DNA of 64,000 nucleotides from Selaginella moellendorffii (Eukaryota; Plantae; Lycopodiophyta): NCBI RefSeq assembly GCF_000143415.4, contig NW_003314374.1, positions 1 to 64,000 of the forward strand, read 5' to 3'. Shown piece by piece: positions 48,761 to 61,350 of this stretch (position 1 is its first letter; each line of letters starts with the position of its first letter). The notes under the pieces were generated by a model. It saw only the letters and a program-made list of their open reading frames with translations, ran no database searches and was not told where the DNA came from. The position numbers and the translations under genes were made by a program.

Positions 48761-49799
48761 GTTCTCCCCAAAAAGCACTTTTGCTATCCTTGCTATGGAT
48801 AGTATATAAAGGAAGTGGACTCGGGATAAAGGTAGGTTATTTTTCCTTTATTTCTTGCTCTTTCTCATCTTTGGCTATGGCTGTTTTTAAATATCAATCG
48901 TTTCTCTTTTACGTATATTGACTCTTGATTGGTTTTGAGAGTCAACATCGTGCCATGAATCTTCAAAACCCCAATCACATGAAAATTTCCCTTCTTTCCT
49001 AGTTTCTTGGACAGATTCCCTCTCTCCTCGCTTCCCCTCTTATGTGTGAAGTGTCATTTGGCTCTTCTTGCACTGCCGTTTGGCTCCATTGAGAAAATTC
49101 CCTCTTCTTGTGCCCTGTCGGGGAAATGGACTGGGAAGTGTGTGTGAGATCCTTTCCCACGGTGGTCCCCTGAACAAACTCAGATGCTCCAATACATTCT
49201 TGGTTCTTTGCAGTCGTGGGAAGAAGCCGGCAGCTACAGTACCGGAAGGATCTCCATCTCCAATTGATGCTTTCAAGGAGCCGATCGACATTCCTCCGCT
49301 TCCTCTAGAAGAGCTTCTAAGCAGGTAGGTAAGCATCTCGCACCAGCAGGAGCTTAAGGATGCCATCAACACGATGAAGGCATCCAAGAGGATGGAATGG
49401 CTTTCATCTAGGAGATCCAGAAGAACCAGAGGGGCGGGTGGATGGAGCTCAAGGGAACATCTTTGATGCATGTGCTGACCCAAGGACTCCCGGCCGACAA
49501 GCCTCGATGGAACAAGAGTCCACACACGTTTGCAGTGGCATCCTAGGGTTTTGGTCCTCAAGATCAGTCCCTTTCCTTGATCCATACGGTTTTCACTTTG
49601 GGAACATTGACAAGGGAGATGGATTGGGCATGGGAAATGGACTGCTGACCAGAGGATCTTTGTTCCCAAGGCAGTCAATGCCTTTTGGGGGTTTGTCAGC
49701 ATGTTCACAAGGTCCAGTCTTTTCTAGCATTCCAACATTTTCATTTCCTCCACCGCATTTCCAATGAGCACCAGTCACAGAGGAAGCACATTCTCTCAA

Positions 49800-50450
49800 T
49801 AGGACCCCCCAATATTCAGCATGGGTTGAAGATCATCTCACACTTTTGCAATAAGGTTAAAACTTTAATAACTAAACATTGATAATTAATATCATATTAT
49901 CCATAAATTAAATAGAGAGATTAAATGATGTATTGTGCAACATTTTAAGAAAGCTAACTGTTAAAGATTGGGACAAATGGCTATTGTTGGATAAAGTAGC
50001 AATAAATTTCACTCATTTTTAACTAGTTTATGGGATATAAACTATGTTTTCAATTGAGTTGAAAATCCCAACTCTACAATTAGCACTGAAGCATAGACTA
50101 AATAATAATGAGGACTTGTAGTTGAGGCTAATTCAACTTAAAAGGATGGATGAGAATCAATGTCAAGCTCTTCAATAGATAAAAGTAATTCAGCAGTAAA
50201 GAAAACATAAATTTGATAAAAACTCTATAAAGGTTTTCCCAATTAGCAATCTGGTTATAAAATATGATAGTAGAATTGACAAAACATTTATAAAAAGTTT
50301 CTTCCACAAGGGGATAGCATATATCAAATTGTTGAAATCTACAATAATGGATCATATTTGCTAGCAAAAATCTTGATGAAAAAAAATATAATACCTAAAT
50401 GAATTGATATAAGTTGAAAAAATTTCATGTTCGATTATGAGACAACACTA
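49800..50450 (+). mobile_element. Ty3/Gypsy integrase remnant
   Basis: KDWDKWL...LVYG...IELKIP pattern with many stops. Confidence 0.55.
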
Positions 50451-51074
50451 CTATTGGGTTGCAAACAACTTGCATGACTGTAAGCTATGTGGTTTGTTTG
50501 GGTGGAATTATGTGAGCAATAAAAGTTTTGAGCAAAAAATGCCATATTCAAAGTTGACACTTCACTTGATCATTGGATCCTTGAGAGTGATTTATTGAGT
50601 TTAGCACTTTAGAGCCACATTCTTACTACAGATTAGAGCTCTCCACCTTGCCACAACTGTGGTCTAGGTTTTCTCACAAGGCTATGCACTTCCATCTCAA
50701 GTTTTCACACTATCCCACATTAATAATGCATGGAGAACAAACTTGCTTTAGTGGTGTATTAGGCCTCCTCCAGGACTCCCTACAGCCTCTTGAACTTGTA
50801 AAAGTTGCACTTTCTTCTCCAACTTGTAAGTGGTGTCATCACTATTTTACAACTTTGGTACTATGCCAAGATCACACACTTGTATAGAGATAACATACTA
50901 AAAAACTTATCCAAGTTTCCTTTCATTTTTCATAATAGTCAAGTGTTTTTTGCAAATCACTTAAGCTATCTATACTTGCTACATAAAGGTGACTTCCATC
51001 ATAACATGATGCCTCCTTGTTGGTACTTTTCATGCTTTAAGCTAAGTACTTGACTTCACATGCATGTGTTATTT

Positions 51075-51507
51075 TCCTTTACTGAGCTAAGGGGAACTAA
51101 CACCTCCATTTCCACACTAAATTTACCAATCTATGTGAGGCAACTAATCATTCATCTGTACTATAGTCTTATAGTGGATATTTTCATCTGTGGATGCTCT
51201 ACAAAACGAAAGATGCACTTATGGATGCCCAATACGTATGATTTCAATTTTAGGAGTAGAAATATATCTTGCTCAAGAGTATATTATATTTTAAATAGCC
51301 ACTAATCAATGAGAATTAAACCTATGCCATTTGCTCCAATACCACATGTAACACACTCTATCTATCTCCCTTTAATCCAACTGGAAAAAAGGCAATTGTT
51401 TGATGAGAAAGCCCTTAGCAGCTATTTTATCCCCATTTATCCCCAAGGTTTTAAAGATTCACGGTGATAATATATTCAAATCTCATCCTATGATCACATG
51501 TGCTTCA
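51075..51507 (-). mobile_element. LTR (51347-51507), PBS and internal segment of the TRIM-related family
   Basis: 161-bp TG..CA LTR homologous to 58228-58389; PBS TGGTATTGGAGC on the minus strand. Confidence 0.8.
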
Positions 51508-53705
51508 GATGCTCCTATAAAACTACATTTCTTGATTGTTTTTTATATCTTCTTGGTTTCCAACTTTCACATCATACCTAGACTTCAAGAGTCACTACTA
51601 CTAGCATGTTAGACAATATGAATAGAATTGCCAACACATATAGGTTTTGGTAAAAGGATCAATAGAGACTATCTAAGGGATTAGAATGCACTATCACTAA
51701 ATATGTGCTCAAGAACACACCCATTATTAGAGATTGCACCAAACATAGTCTGGAATGAGATCTAATCAAGCCAACTCATCACAAAGAGAGTTAGCAATGA
51801 AGTAGAGGCCAGGTTATGGAGAATTTTTATAGAAAAAAGATTGATGAAGAGCAATAGTTTATAATTAGTGTCAAAAGTATCAACAATAGAGAACCCCACA
51901 TTACCACTTTCAACCAAAAAAGAGCATTCATCCTTGACTCTTCACTCTACTTCTCAAGAACTTGTCAACATACTTGCAATAGTGACCAAGTGAAGGGCAA
52001 AGTATGATTGATTAGGCCTTTACATTTCTTTGTTTGCTTTTGTATATGCTTTAGAGTTTCAGCCTTGGTCTTTATGCAAGAATGACTTGCAGCTTGTTAT
52101 GTTTTGATTTGCATCCATACATGTGACTTTGATGATCTTGGCTAAAGTATGAGAAAGTATTATTAAAAGTGCATATTAGAGATCTTAGGTTTACACGTCT
52201 GGGCCAAATGTGGCCAGATGGAGGTTGCTATATATCCCATAGTATATATAGAAGTATATTCCTAGAGTTTGTCAAAGATGAGTGGAGAGCACATGTAAAG
52301 AGTTCTTTTGGTATCAATCACAATTTCCTCACACCATTCACTTTGTCAAGTTCAACAACTAGTTCTTTGTCACTTGAAAGCTTGCATTATCCAGGTTGTG
52401 ACAAAAAATGATACACAAACACTAGATTCCCAAATTGTGTCAAAAGAAAAGGAGATTATTGACAAGGACAACATGATTAATCATTGCCTTGACAAAGGTT
52501 ATAAAGTCTCAAGATTCTTCTCTAACTTTATACCCATGCAAAACTTATATATAATGCCTCCAACTACTTTTATGAAGATTGGGGTAGTTGGTTTTTCTTG
52601 AGGCAAAGGGAACCTATGTCTTGAGTGCATGATAGAAACATAAGCATGCCATGTTTGAGGAGGTGATCTTGAGCTCATAGATCCCCCTCTCACTACATGA
52701 TTTGCTGTATTCCTTGGTGGAGGAGACATCATTGTGAATTGCTAACAGAACACTGTATTGTTACCCCACAAGTGGCAGCTTGAGTGAGGTAGAAATTTCC
52801 ATTTCCTCCTAAAATTATAATAATGTTACCTTCTTTTGTAAATTTAAGCAGTGACTTCAAGAAGAATATCAACAACTCTTTTCCCTCTTGCTTACTGATA
52901 TATAGTGTCAACAATGTCATCTAGAGCAAAAAGAGCCCATGAATGTCTTGATGTCCAGTTTACTACAAGCAAACTCTCCTCTAGACACATAATAATTAGG
53001 ATATATAAGTCAGCTCTTCCCTAGATAGCTTTCTTTCTGCCATATAGCTCAACATTCTAATGGCTCAGGATGCATCAGTATCTTAAAAAGAAAAATTCTA
53101 TCTCTCTCACATATATAATAATAAGTTAATATCTAATGTATTCAATCACCTTACACAATTAAGAAAAAATAATTTATTGTGCTATGAAGAAATGCTTGGT
53201 TTACTTTGAATTTTATTGTTTTTATTTATTGAGCAAATTTTAAATTTCTAGGCCAGATTTAATTAGTGTTTAAGAAAGTTTATAATTTTAAATGTAAAAA
53301 ATCAATCTAGATGTATATCAACTATCAGATGATAAAATATTAAAGAATGACATATTTGATATCTATTATGGTATTACTATTCTAGGTTAACATAACCAAA
53401 CAATAATTAAGCTTTAAATAAAAGTAACAATAGTTTTGGCATATTATATAGGTTAAGATAGAAGTAAAAGAAACTAAATAACTATATTTATAAATAAAAT
53501 AATCATTTAAGATAAAAATAAAAACTAAAAATGGGATAACTTTAAAAAAATAAAATTAAAAAGAACTATACCTATTTATCTATATTCAGAAGAATTTATT
53601 GAATTTTAGAAATTATTTTTATTTAAAAAATAATCAAAGTTTTTTGATAGCTAGTTTTTACAAAATTAAAATAAAGGAAGTTTTAAAATATTATATTATT
53701 TAGCT

Positions 53706-54617
53706 TTATATAGAACATAAAGTATGATATCCTGTGTTTGATGACCATAATAGTTTATTAGGAAATTTAAATGAATAAAGGACTAAATTGCAGTCGTTTT
53801 GAAGACTTAAAAAGGTATCTATAAAGCAAAATGATTGAATTTTACAATATAAATTAATAGACCATTCTACACTATTTAATGATGAATATAAAACTAAATT
53901 TCCATCATTTTGAAGTTTGAGCATACAAATTTGTAAATACTTTTTACCACTTTTTGTTTCCCAAATCATTTTACTTCTAGAATAAAGAACAAGATTACAA
54001 TTTGATTCTAATATAAGGATATTTTTTTTATTTGAAGATAATATAAACTGGCCAGAATATAAATGATTATGTGACATTCCATTAGTAAGAGTAGTTAAAG
54101 AATCATCACAATCAATTGAAAAGCCTGTATGTTTAAACTTTAATTGTTCTTTAAATATAAATTTATTAAATAGTTCATCATGTTTTATTATAAAGTATGA
54201 TAAAGAATAATTTTTTCTTATAATTTTATATGAGTCACAAAAATCGGATAAAAAATCAGCAATATAATCATCTAAAATGCTTCAAAATCCTGTTGCCATA
54301 GTTCTTGATGATATTATTTCAGGTAATTTACCACTTGTTTCACAATATTTATTTAAGTGATCAAAAAGATTAAATCTTGCTAGTCTTATGGTAGCTCTTC
54401 CATTTATAATTTGAAAACTTGCAGAATCAGACCAAATTGGAGGAAAATTTCCACCATTTCTGATATTTGAAATCATTTCTTCAAATTTTGTAATTATTTT
54501 TCTCATATATTCATAATTTATTTCATTTTCCTTACCTTTCTCAATATTAGCTGAATAGAAAGAACTTATAAAGTTTAAAATAAAAATAAATAAAAAGCAG
54601 ATTAAATGTTGTGCCAT
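53706..54617 (-). pseudogene. Secreted protein with unknown N-terminal domain and bulb-type (GNA) mannose-binding lectin domain; single in-frame TGA at 54282-54284
   Basis: ORFs 54617-54282 and 54077-53706 are in the same frame, joined by 68 open codons; signal peptide; LESNCNLVLY, LQNDGNLVLY and LQNDCNLVLY repeats. Confidence 0.8.
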
Positions 54618-54764
54618 TAAATGAAATAAATTGTGCTTTTATAAGGTTTCTAAGATTGTGAATTTAGTAAGCATTACCTATCTAACTTAAATATTCTTTT
54701 CAACTATTAATTTTTTTATATATGTGTGTACTAGTTCAGATTTTATACATACATAATAACAATC

Positions 54765-57650
54765 TGTGAATAGAATATAAAAATATGCATATTTGATTAG
54801 CCCCACCCTAGCTTATATACAAGAGTAAGTGGTCTAGATTAAAACCAATCTAATGGCTACCAAAATCTTTACTATACTAATAATAGTATATAACTATAAT
54901 CCATACACTTGAACTTCACATTATCCCCTCCTCTTAAAAGGATGGGAGACAATTAGGTCATTGTGTTGATGGGCCAAGATCTGGAGGAACATTAAGTGAA
55001 GACATTGGTGGATTTATAGGCAATGCAATGTGTTTTTAATCCTTTTGTATGAAACATTTCAATTATTGTATATATACAATTTTTAGAGGATCGGCTTATT
55101 GAATGTCATGCTAATTATGGTTTAACTTGCCACAACATTTGATATGGTCCTTTCTATTGGGCAATAAACCTTTTAGACAAACCATATACTATAAAATTAG
55201 GAAAATGAATCAACACTAGATCATCCATTTTGTACTTTGCAGATGCACATTGTAACGTTGTTGTTGTCCCACTTGTATATGGCTTAAGTGTTTAACAAAC
55301 TTTGGTTGCATTAATGGAAGAATGCTCATCAAATATTGATTGCAAGATCTAGAATTGGCAACTTGTGGCAATTGTGAAGGTAAACTCAACTCTATCACAA
55401 ATATAAAATCATGACTATATAAGAGTTTTTATGGTGAAGCACCAACAATATATATATACCAAGATATGGTAAATAACCATCCCAATGTGAATGCTGAAAA
55501 TTTATATACTTCGCAATCATCCTTTTAAAGGTTTAAATGAGCCACTTCACTAAACCATCTATTTGTGAATGATAAACACTTGTGAAAGTGGCATATAACT
55601 AATTCGGACATCAAGATATGAAATGTCTCAGCTATAAATATGGGCCTATTGTCCTAGAGAATTTGCTCTGAATAAGATTATTGGAATAACACTTGATTAA
55701 AGAGGAAGTATCTAATAGTAGTTGTAAACACATCAACAACAAGCCAAGTAATCGAAAGCAATAATAATATATTTATTGCTAGCAATTGATTGTGGAAAAG
55801 GCCCAATGAGATCAAAGGCCATTAGCTCAACTAATAGAAAATTATAATTGGCTCCAACTATCCTTCTGCAACACGAGGGGGAAATATTATAAACTTAACA
55901 CTAAATACAGCTATATACATATTGGATGACATCATATCACATCTCTAGCCAATAGAAAGACCTGTACAGCTTCTCAATCACATAACGATGTCCTATATAC
56001 CTGCCTAGAATAGAAGAGTTATGGTGAGCATAGAGAAAGTGTGGAATAAATATTGAATGCACCACCAATATTAAAGATTAAAGGTAAATGATCATTAGAA
56101 TTGGTCCCCACAAATTAAAAAAGATTATTCTCAAGGTGATATTGAAAATGTAAATGCCAAAATGACAAGTCATTAGTGAGATAAAATTCTTAAATCCATC
56201 ACGAAGCCTTTGGATTTATGGCTCAACCTTTTAAGTCTTACAAACCTCATCAAGAGAAGATAAATCTAATTCTACACTTTGTGGACATTGAATACACCAA
56301 TAACACCATATCTTCATTTAGAAAATCCATTAATGCTAGAATAACAAGCTCATTAAAAACATGAGAAGAAAGCAAAGAAGGGAGAGGAGCTCAAGAAAAG
56401 GTGTTAGCATCAACTATATAACTCTTCAAGCAATGAACAAATTTGAAGTTATATATTTAAAATTTGAAAGCCTATCAAGCAATATAACCAACCAAATTCT
56501 TCTATTTTAATAATGAAGTGACTATAGCATAATCACCCTCTAACAATGTCCCTAAACTATACAAGTATACATGAAGCTTCTCAAAAGCTCAAACTACTAC
56601 TAAACACTCTTTTTATATCATGGAGTAATTCACCTTTGTTTGTTATAATATACAACTGATATATGCAATGAGATGATACTGACTAAGCACATTCGTGCTT
56701 TCTTGCATCAATACAACTTTGAGACTTATATTAAAAGCATCTACACATAAGATGAAAGATTAAGTGTAATCAAGATATGCCAAAACTAGATTGAGTTATC
56801 AACACCTTTCTGAGATTCGCAAATGCTTGCTCACAATCCCTAGACTAAAGGAAAGACAATATTGACGACTTTAGCAACACTTGTAATGGTGGAATATGAT
56901 AAAAAATATGATTAACAAAACGACTAAGATATTGCACCTTGTCGAGAAAGCATTGCACATCATGCACACACTTTGGAGTAGGGAATCTTAGAACAACCAC
57001 AAGTTTGTTAGGATCAATTTGCAAACATTTGCAAAAAATATAATGCCTAAGATAAATCATGTCCTTGGATCTAACACACACTTTGACTACTTCAACTTCA
57101 AACCAACATCTTGTGAATATCACATATATGCTCTTGCCATGTCCCATCTAAGTGGATCAAGACATCATTGATGAAATCAGCAATCACTTTTGATATATCA
57201 CAAAGAACCTTATTCATCATCCATTAGAAAATTGCCAAAATTTTGTTATGAGTACTAGCAAGTGCAAATAGTCAAGAAGGATGTTCCCAAAATTGCTATC
57301 CATACAAACAAGTTCACCCTAGACAATCCAAGAGGAAGAGGGTATATATATGGGATAGTCACTTTGTTTAGTAGATGATATTTGATGCAAAATTAAATAC
57401 TCCCATCAAGCTTCATCACAAAGTGAAGTTCACACACCCAAGGACTCCAAAACTTTCAAATAACACCCTTCTCTAATATCTCTTTGACATTTACACGTAA
57501 AATCCTAATCTCCTTTGGTGACTAATGCTAAATAAAAACCTTAATTGTACAAGCATCCCTAGTTGAAATAGGATGATATGTTACAATCTTGGCCCCAAAT
57601 GACAAGTCTGAGTTGAAGTCAAAGAGATCAACATACTCCTTGATCTAATC
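54765..57650 (-). mobile_element. Degenerate Ty3/Gypsy element with 3' LTR 54765-54920
   Basis: RT YLRH..IDPNKL..PTPK..VQCFLDKVQYLSRFV; RNase H FILCVDAF; PPT AAGAGGAGGGGATAA abutting an LTR with TGTGAA..TTCACA termini. Confidence 0.8.
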
Positions 57651-57679
57651 AACTATTGCAACACAAAATCTATCTAAGG

Positions 57680-59569
57680 GATCTAGAGAGGGAATAGAAG
57701 AAGTGGGGGCTTGTTATAAAGCCTTTTAATTTTGAATCATCTATGGAAATATTTTACGATAAATTAGGGGTTTGATGTGATATTTATTGTAGTGAATCGG
57801 ATTTCTAATATGGCATATTTCATATCCACCACGATAGAAGTGGATGTAGGTGTGGTGAAGTTGTTCTTCAAACAAGTGGTTTGAGTGTACGGAAGGCCAA
57901 AAGAAATTATCTCAGATCAAGATAAAATTTTCACTAGTAGCTTATAGAGAACTCTCCTAGAACAATATTGCACTAATTTGAAATTTAGCATAGCCTATCA
58001 CCCATAAATAGGTGTTGAGTATTGAGGCAAGTATGATGGCAATAACACTTCTTGATAGATGGATAAATGAAAAAGGTGAATATTCATTTGGAGGATTATT
58101 TGCGATGCTAAAGACCAAACTAATTGGGTAAGTCATTTATGACTTACAGAAATATGTTATAATAACTCACCACATTCGAGTATTAGAGTGAGTCTATGGG
58201 AAGCCATCAATGGGCAAGCTATTGAAGTGTAGCACACCTTATCTCTCTTCCCTTAAGCCAACTAAAAAAGGGGCAATTACTTGATAAAAGAGCCCTTAGT
58301 GGCTATTTTATCCCCATTTATCCCCCAAGGTTCTAAGAATCCATAGTGATAGTATATCTAAATCTCATTTTATGATCACATCAACTACACTCACCCCCCT
58401 TTGAAAGATGTTAATGTCCTTATTGACTATTGACTAACAACCCCTATTGAGTTAAGGGGAACTAGCACCACCATTTTTGCACTGAATATACCAATTCTTC
58501 TATTGTATAGATCAGCTATTCCATGTGAAGCAACTAATCATCCATCTATACCGCAGTTTCATGATAGATACCTTTGTCTATGGATGCTCCACCAAAAGAA
58601 AGGATATACATATGGCCCAATATATATGATTTCAAATTTATGGGTAGGAATATATCTTTAAGTAGCCACTAATCAATAGGAATCAAACCCATGCTATTTG
58701 CTTGGATACCACATATAATGCATCCTATCTTTCTCCCCTTAAGCCAACTGGAAAAAGGGCAATTGTTTGATGAGAGAGCCTTTAGTGGCTATTTTATTCT
58801 CATTTATCCCCCAAAGTTCCAAAGATCCACGGTAATAGTATATCTAAATCTCATCCCATGATTACATGTGCTACATGAAAGTCCTGTAAAACTCGGCATA
58901 ACTGAGTATCATGGAGAATTACCCACAGTGGAGGTGCTTACGGTGGAAAGACTCAACATTTGAAATCTAGTGAAGGATTCTTTGGAATGGGCTCAACAAA
59001 TGCAAACAAAATACATGAACCAGAAGCATCAAGACGTAGAGTTCTAACTTAGAAAGAAGGTGTGGCTAAACACCAAGAGCATAAGGTTATCAAGTGGGAT
59101 CAGTCAGAAATTGACCCAAAGGTAAAATGTATGTATTCCTAGAAATGAACAAATCTTGAGTTCCATAAGTAAGTTTGCATAGTCTTATGAGATTGAGGCT
59201 CGAATTGGTAAGGTGGCTTACCACTTTTGATTTCCTTGGGAGACGAGAAAGATGCACCCTGTGTTCCATGTGACCTTACTCAAGCTATACTTTGAAGATT
59301 TGCTTCACAAAAACCAAGTAAGACCTTTACCCAAGGTTATCCAAAGGGAGGAGAAATATAAGGTCAAAGCTATCTTTAATGTGTGTAAGAGAAAGCGATA
59401 AAGATGTGAAGTGAAGGAGTTCTACATAAAGTGAAAAAAATGTGAAGCAACATGGGAACTAGAGGAAAACCTAACAAATGCATAAGATTTAGTGAAGGAA
59501 TTTTTGCAAGGTAAAACTTTATATACTTATGCAAAGTTCAATTAAATTGTCCCATGTGAAATGGAGTAA
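57680..59569 (+). mobile_element. Chromovirus (Ty3/Gypsy) integrase and chromodomain relic
   Basis: GRPKEIISDQDKIFTS, KFSIAYHP, MHPVFHVTLLK, EEKYKVKAI...ATWELEENL. Confidence 0.85.
58228..58875 (-). mobile_element. Complete TRIM (terminal-repeat retrotransposon in miniature), 648 bp
   Basis: Two 162-bp LTRs (58228-58389, 58714-58875), termini TGTAGCAC..GTGCTACA, PBS TGGTATCCAAGC, PPT AAAGGGGGGTGAG, TSD tgaag/tgaaa. Confidence 0.88.
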
Positions 59570-60935
59570 TGTCATATATTAGGGACCCGAAGGCACGTCG
59601 AAGGTAAGCTAATTAGCATGGGTTTAGCTAAGTCGACTAGGTGTAAGGAGCTATACCCGACTCTTTGAAGGGATGTCAAATCCATAGACCTATTCTACGG
59701 AGGTTGGATTTGAGTCCCAACCTTCTAGTAAAGCAAGGTTGGGTTCAAGTCCTAACCCTTTACGAAGTGAGGGGTATAGGGACACTTGTATCTTGTTGTT
59801 ATGTGCTCTTAGCTGGGGAGGTTGACTTAAGTGCACTATTAAGTGGGGGGATGCCCCTAGAGACATGGTTAATAGGTTGTAGGATTAAATAGAGACATTT
59901 GATGTGTGTATTGAACTTTTTCTATAGGTGGTGGAGTTTGAAGGAACGAAAATTCCTGAGATTTTGTAAGCTAAAGGATCCTGAAAACATGATCGGAACA
60001 ATAAAGAGTTCATCAGATAAAACCAAGTCCGAGATCAATTTCGAGACTAACTCCAAGACCGAGTTTGAGACTGAGTCCGAGATCCAATATTAGGTCTAAG
60101 ACTGAGTCCAAGATCAAGTCCAAGACCAAGTCCAAAATCAAATTTGAGATCGAGTCCAAATACTAATAAGGGTCATGGGGTGAAACCCCAAAGCGAAGGG
60201 GGTTCCAAAAGTATAATAGGGATAGTAAGATCTAGGAATTAGTTTTGAAAGAACTCTCCAATAGTGTTTCTAAATCAACTTGAGGTTGGGACTGGGGGTT
60301 AAGGGCTTTGGGTTGGAGTAAGCACAAACTCAGGTGGTGCCAGAGAGCCCATCCAAGGAAGTGCTCAAGAGTAGCTCTCACTTTGGGAAGGGAAGTCAGT
60401 TATAGTGCTTTTGGCTCATGTGGAGTGGTGAGTGGTGCCTTATTTGAGTACCATATAACTCATTGGTCTTTGCTCCTTCCTAAGGGTTTAAGCCTTTCCT
60501 TTATGACAAAAGTGAGGGAGTAAAGGTACCTATACTAGGCCGTTAGGCTATAGTGTTTCCCCCATGAGGTCTTGAAATAAGAGATGCACTCAAGGCTTGG
60601 GATTTAAAAGTCCTATGATCAAATTTTATTGTACCAAGGGATGTAAAAACTTGAAGACTTGGTGTGTTTGGTTACTTGTGCTTGTGGGGAATGTAGCCGA
60701 ACTCTAAGTTCAATTTAACCCAAGGAAGGGGATTGAGAAAGAATTTGAGAATCCATGGATGGATGGCTAACACCTTATTGCTCATGTAGTGAGTAGCTAA
60801 ATCTAAGTAAGACTGAGTAGGAGCTAATACAATAGGTAAGAACTTTGGGAAGGGAATTTAAGTAAAGCTAAAGCAGTGGTGGTCTAATAGACTAGGTAAG
60901 TTGGCAAATGAGAAAGGGAAAATTTATGGCTTACA
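59570..60935 (+). mobile_element. Long LTR (~1.37 kb) of the chromovirus, with an internal 6/12-bp tandem repeat at ~60020-60165
   Basis: Begins TGTCA after a purine tract, ends TTACA, followed by PBS-like TGGTATAGC; 3' end homologous to bases 1-202. Confidence 0.6.
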
Positions 60936-60939
60936 GGTT

Positions 60940-61345
60940 TGTGGTATAGCTCCTCTTGCTCTTGTTGCCAATCTTCATGTCTAGCTAGAGTTTTTTGTGG
61001 GAGACTTAGGAATGATGTACACAATTGGTTCAATCACTTTACGGTGATTGTTATATATCATTCTTGGGATAATGCTTGATATTTATGTGAGTTTCCCATG
61101 TGTCTCCAAGGGAAGGCACTATAGTGATACAATGGTTTGAGCACAACCACTCATAAGGATTGGAGCATTCTCCTAGACATCTTTAAATATGCATTTGGAC
61201 ATACTAACGATTGTGATGATGCCTTTCAACAATTGTATTATCTTTGTCAAGGGCCATTTGAGTTAGTGATGCAATTTAACATTCATTTCTAAAACCTCTT
61301 ACTTCATGTAGAGCAAAATATATTAGAGTGGATCAAATTAGGAAT
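60940..61345 (+). mobile_element. Retrotransposon gag remnant
   Basis: CLQGKAL..Y and LCQGPFELVMQFNIHF, resembling Retrotrans_gag. Confidence 0.55.
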
Positions 61346-61350
61346 GTTGT

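Noticed and set aside
49040-49800. Short GC-richer ORFs among the TE relics
   Set aside because: No motif recognised; probably retroelement internal sequence
54282-54284. TGA read as Trp (genetic code 4, Mollicute origin) or selenocysteine
   Set aside because: The four other Trp codons in this AT-rich frame are all TGG, which is unlike code-4 genes, and no Sec context is evident; a nonsense mutation or readthrough is more likely
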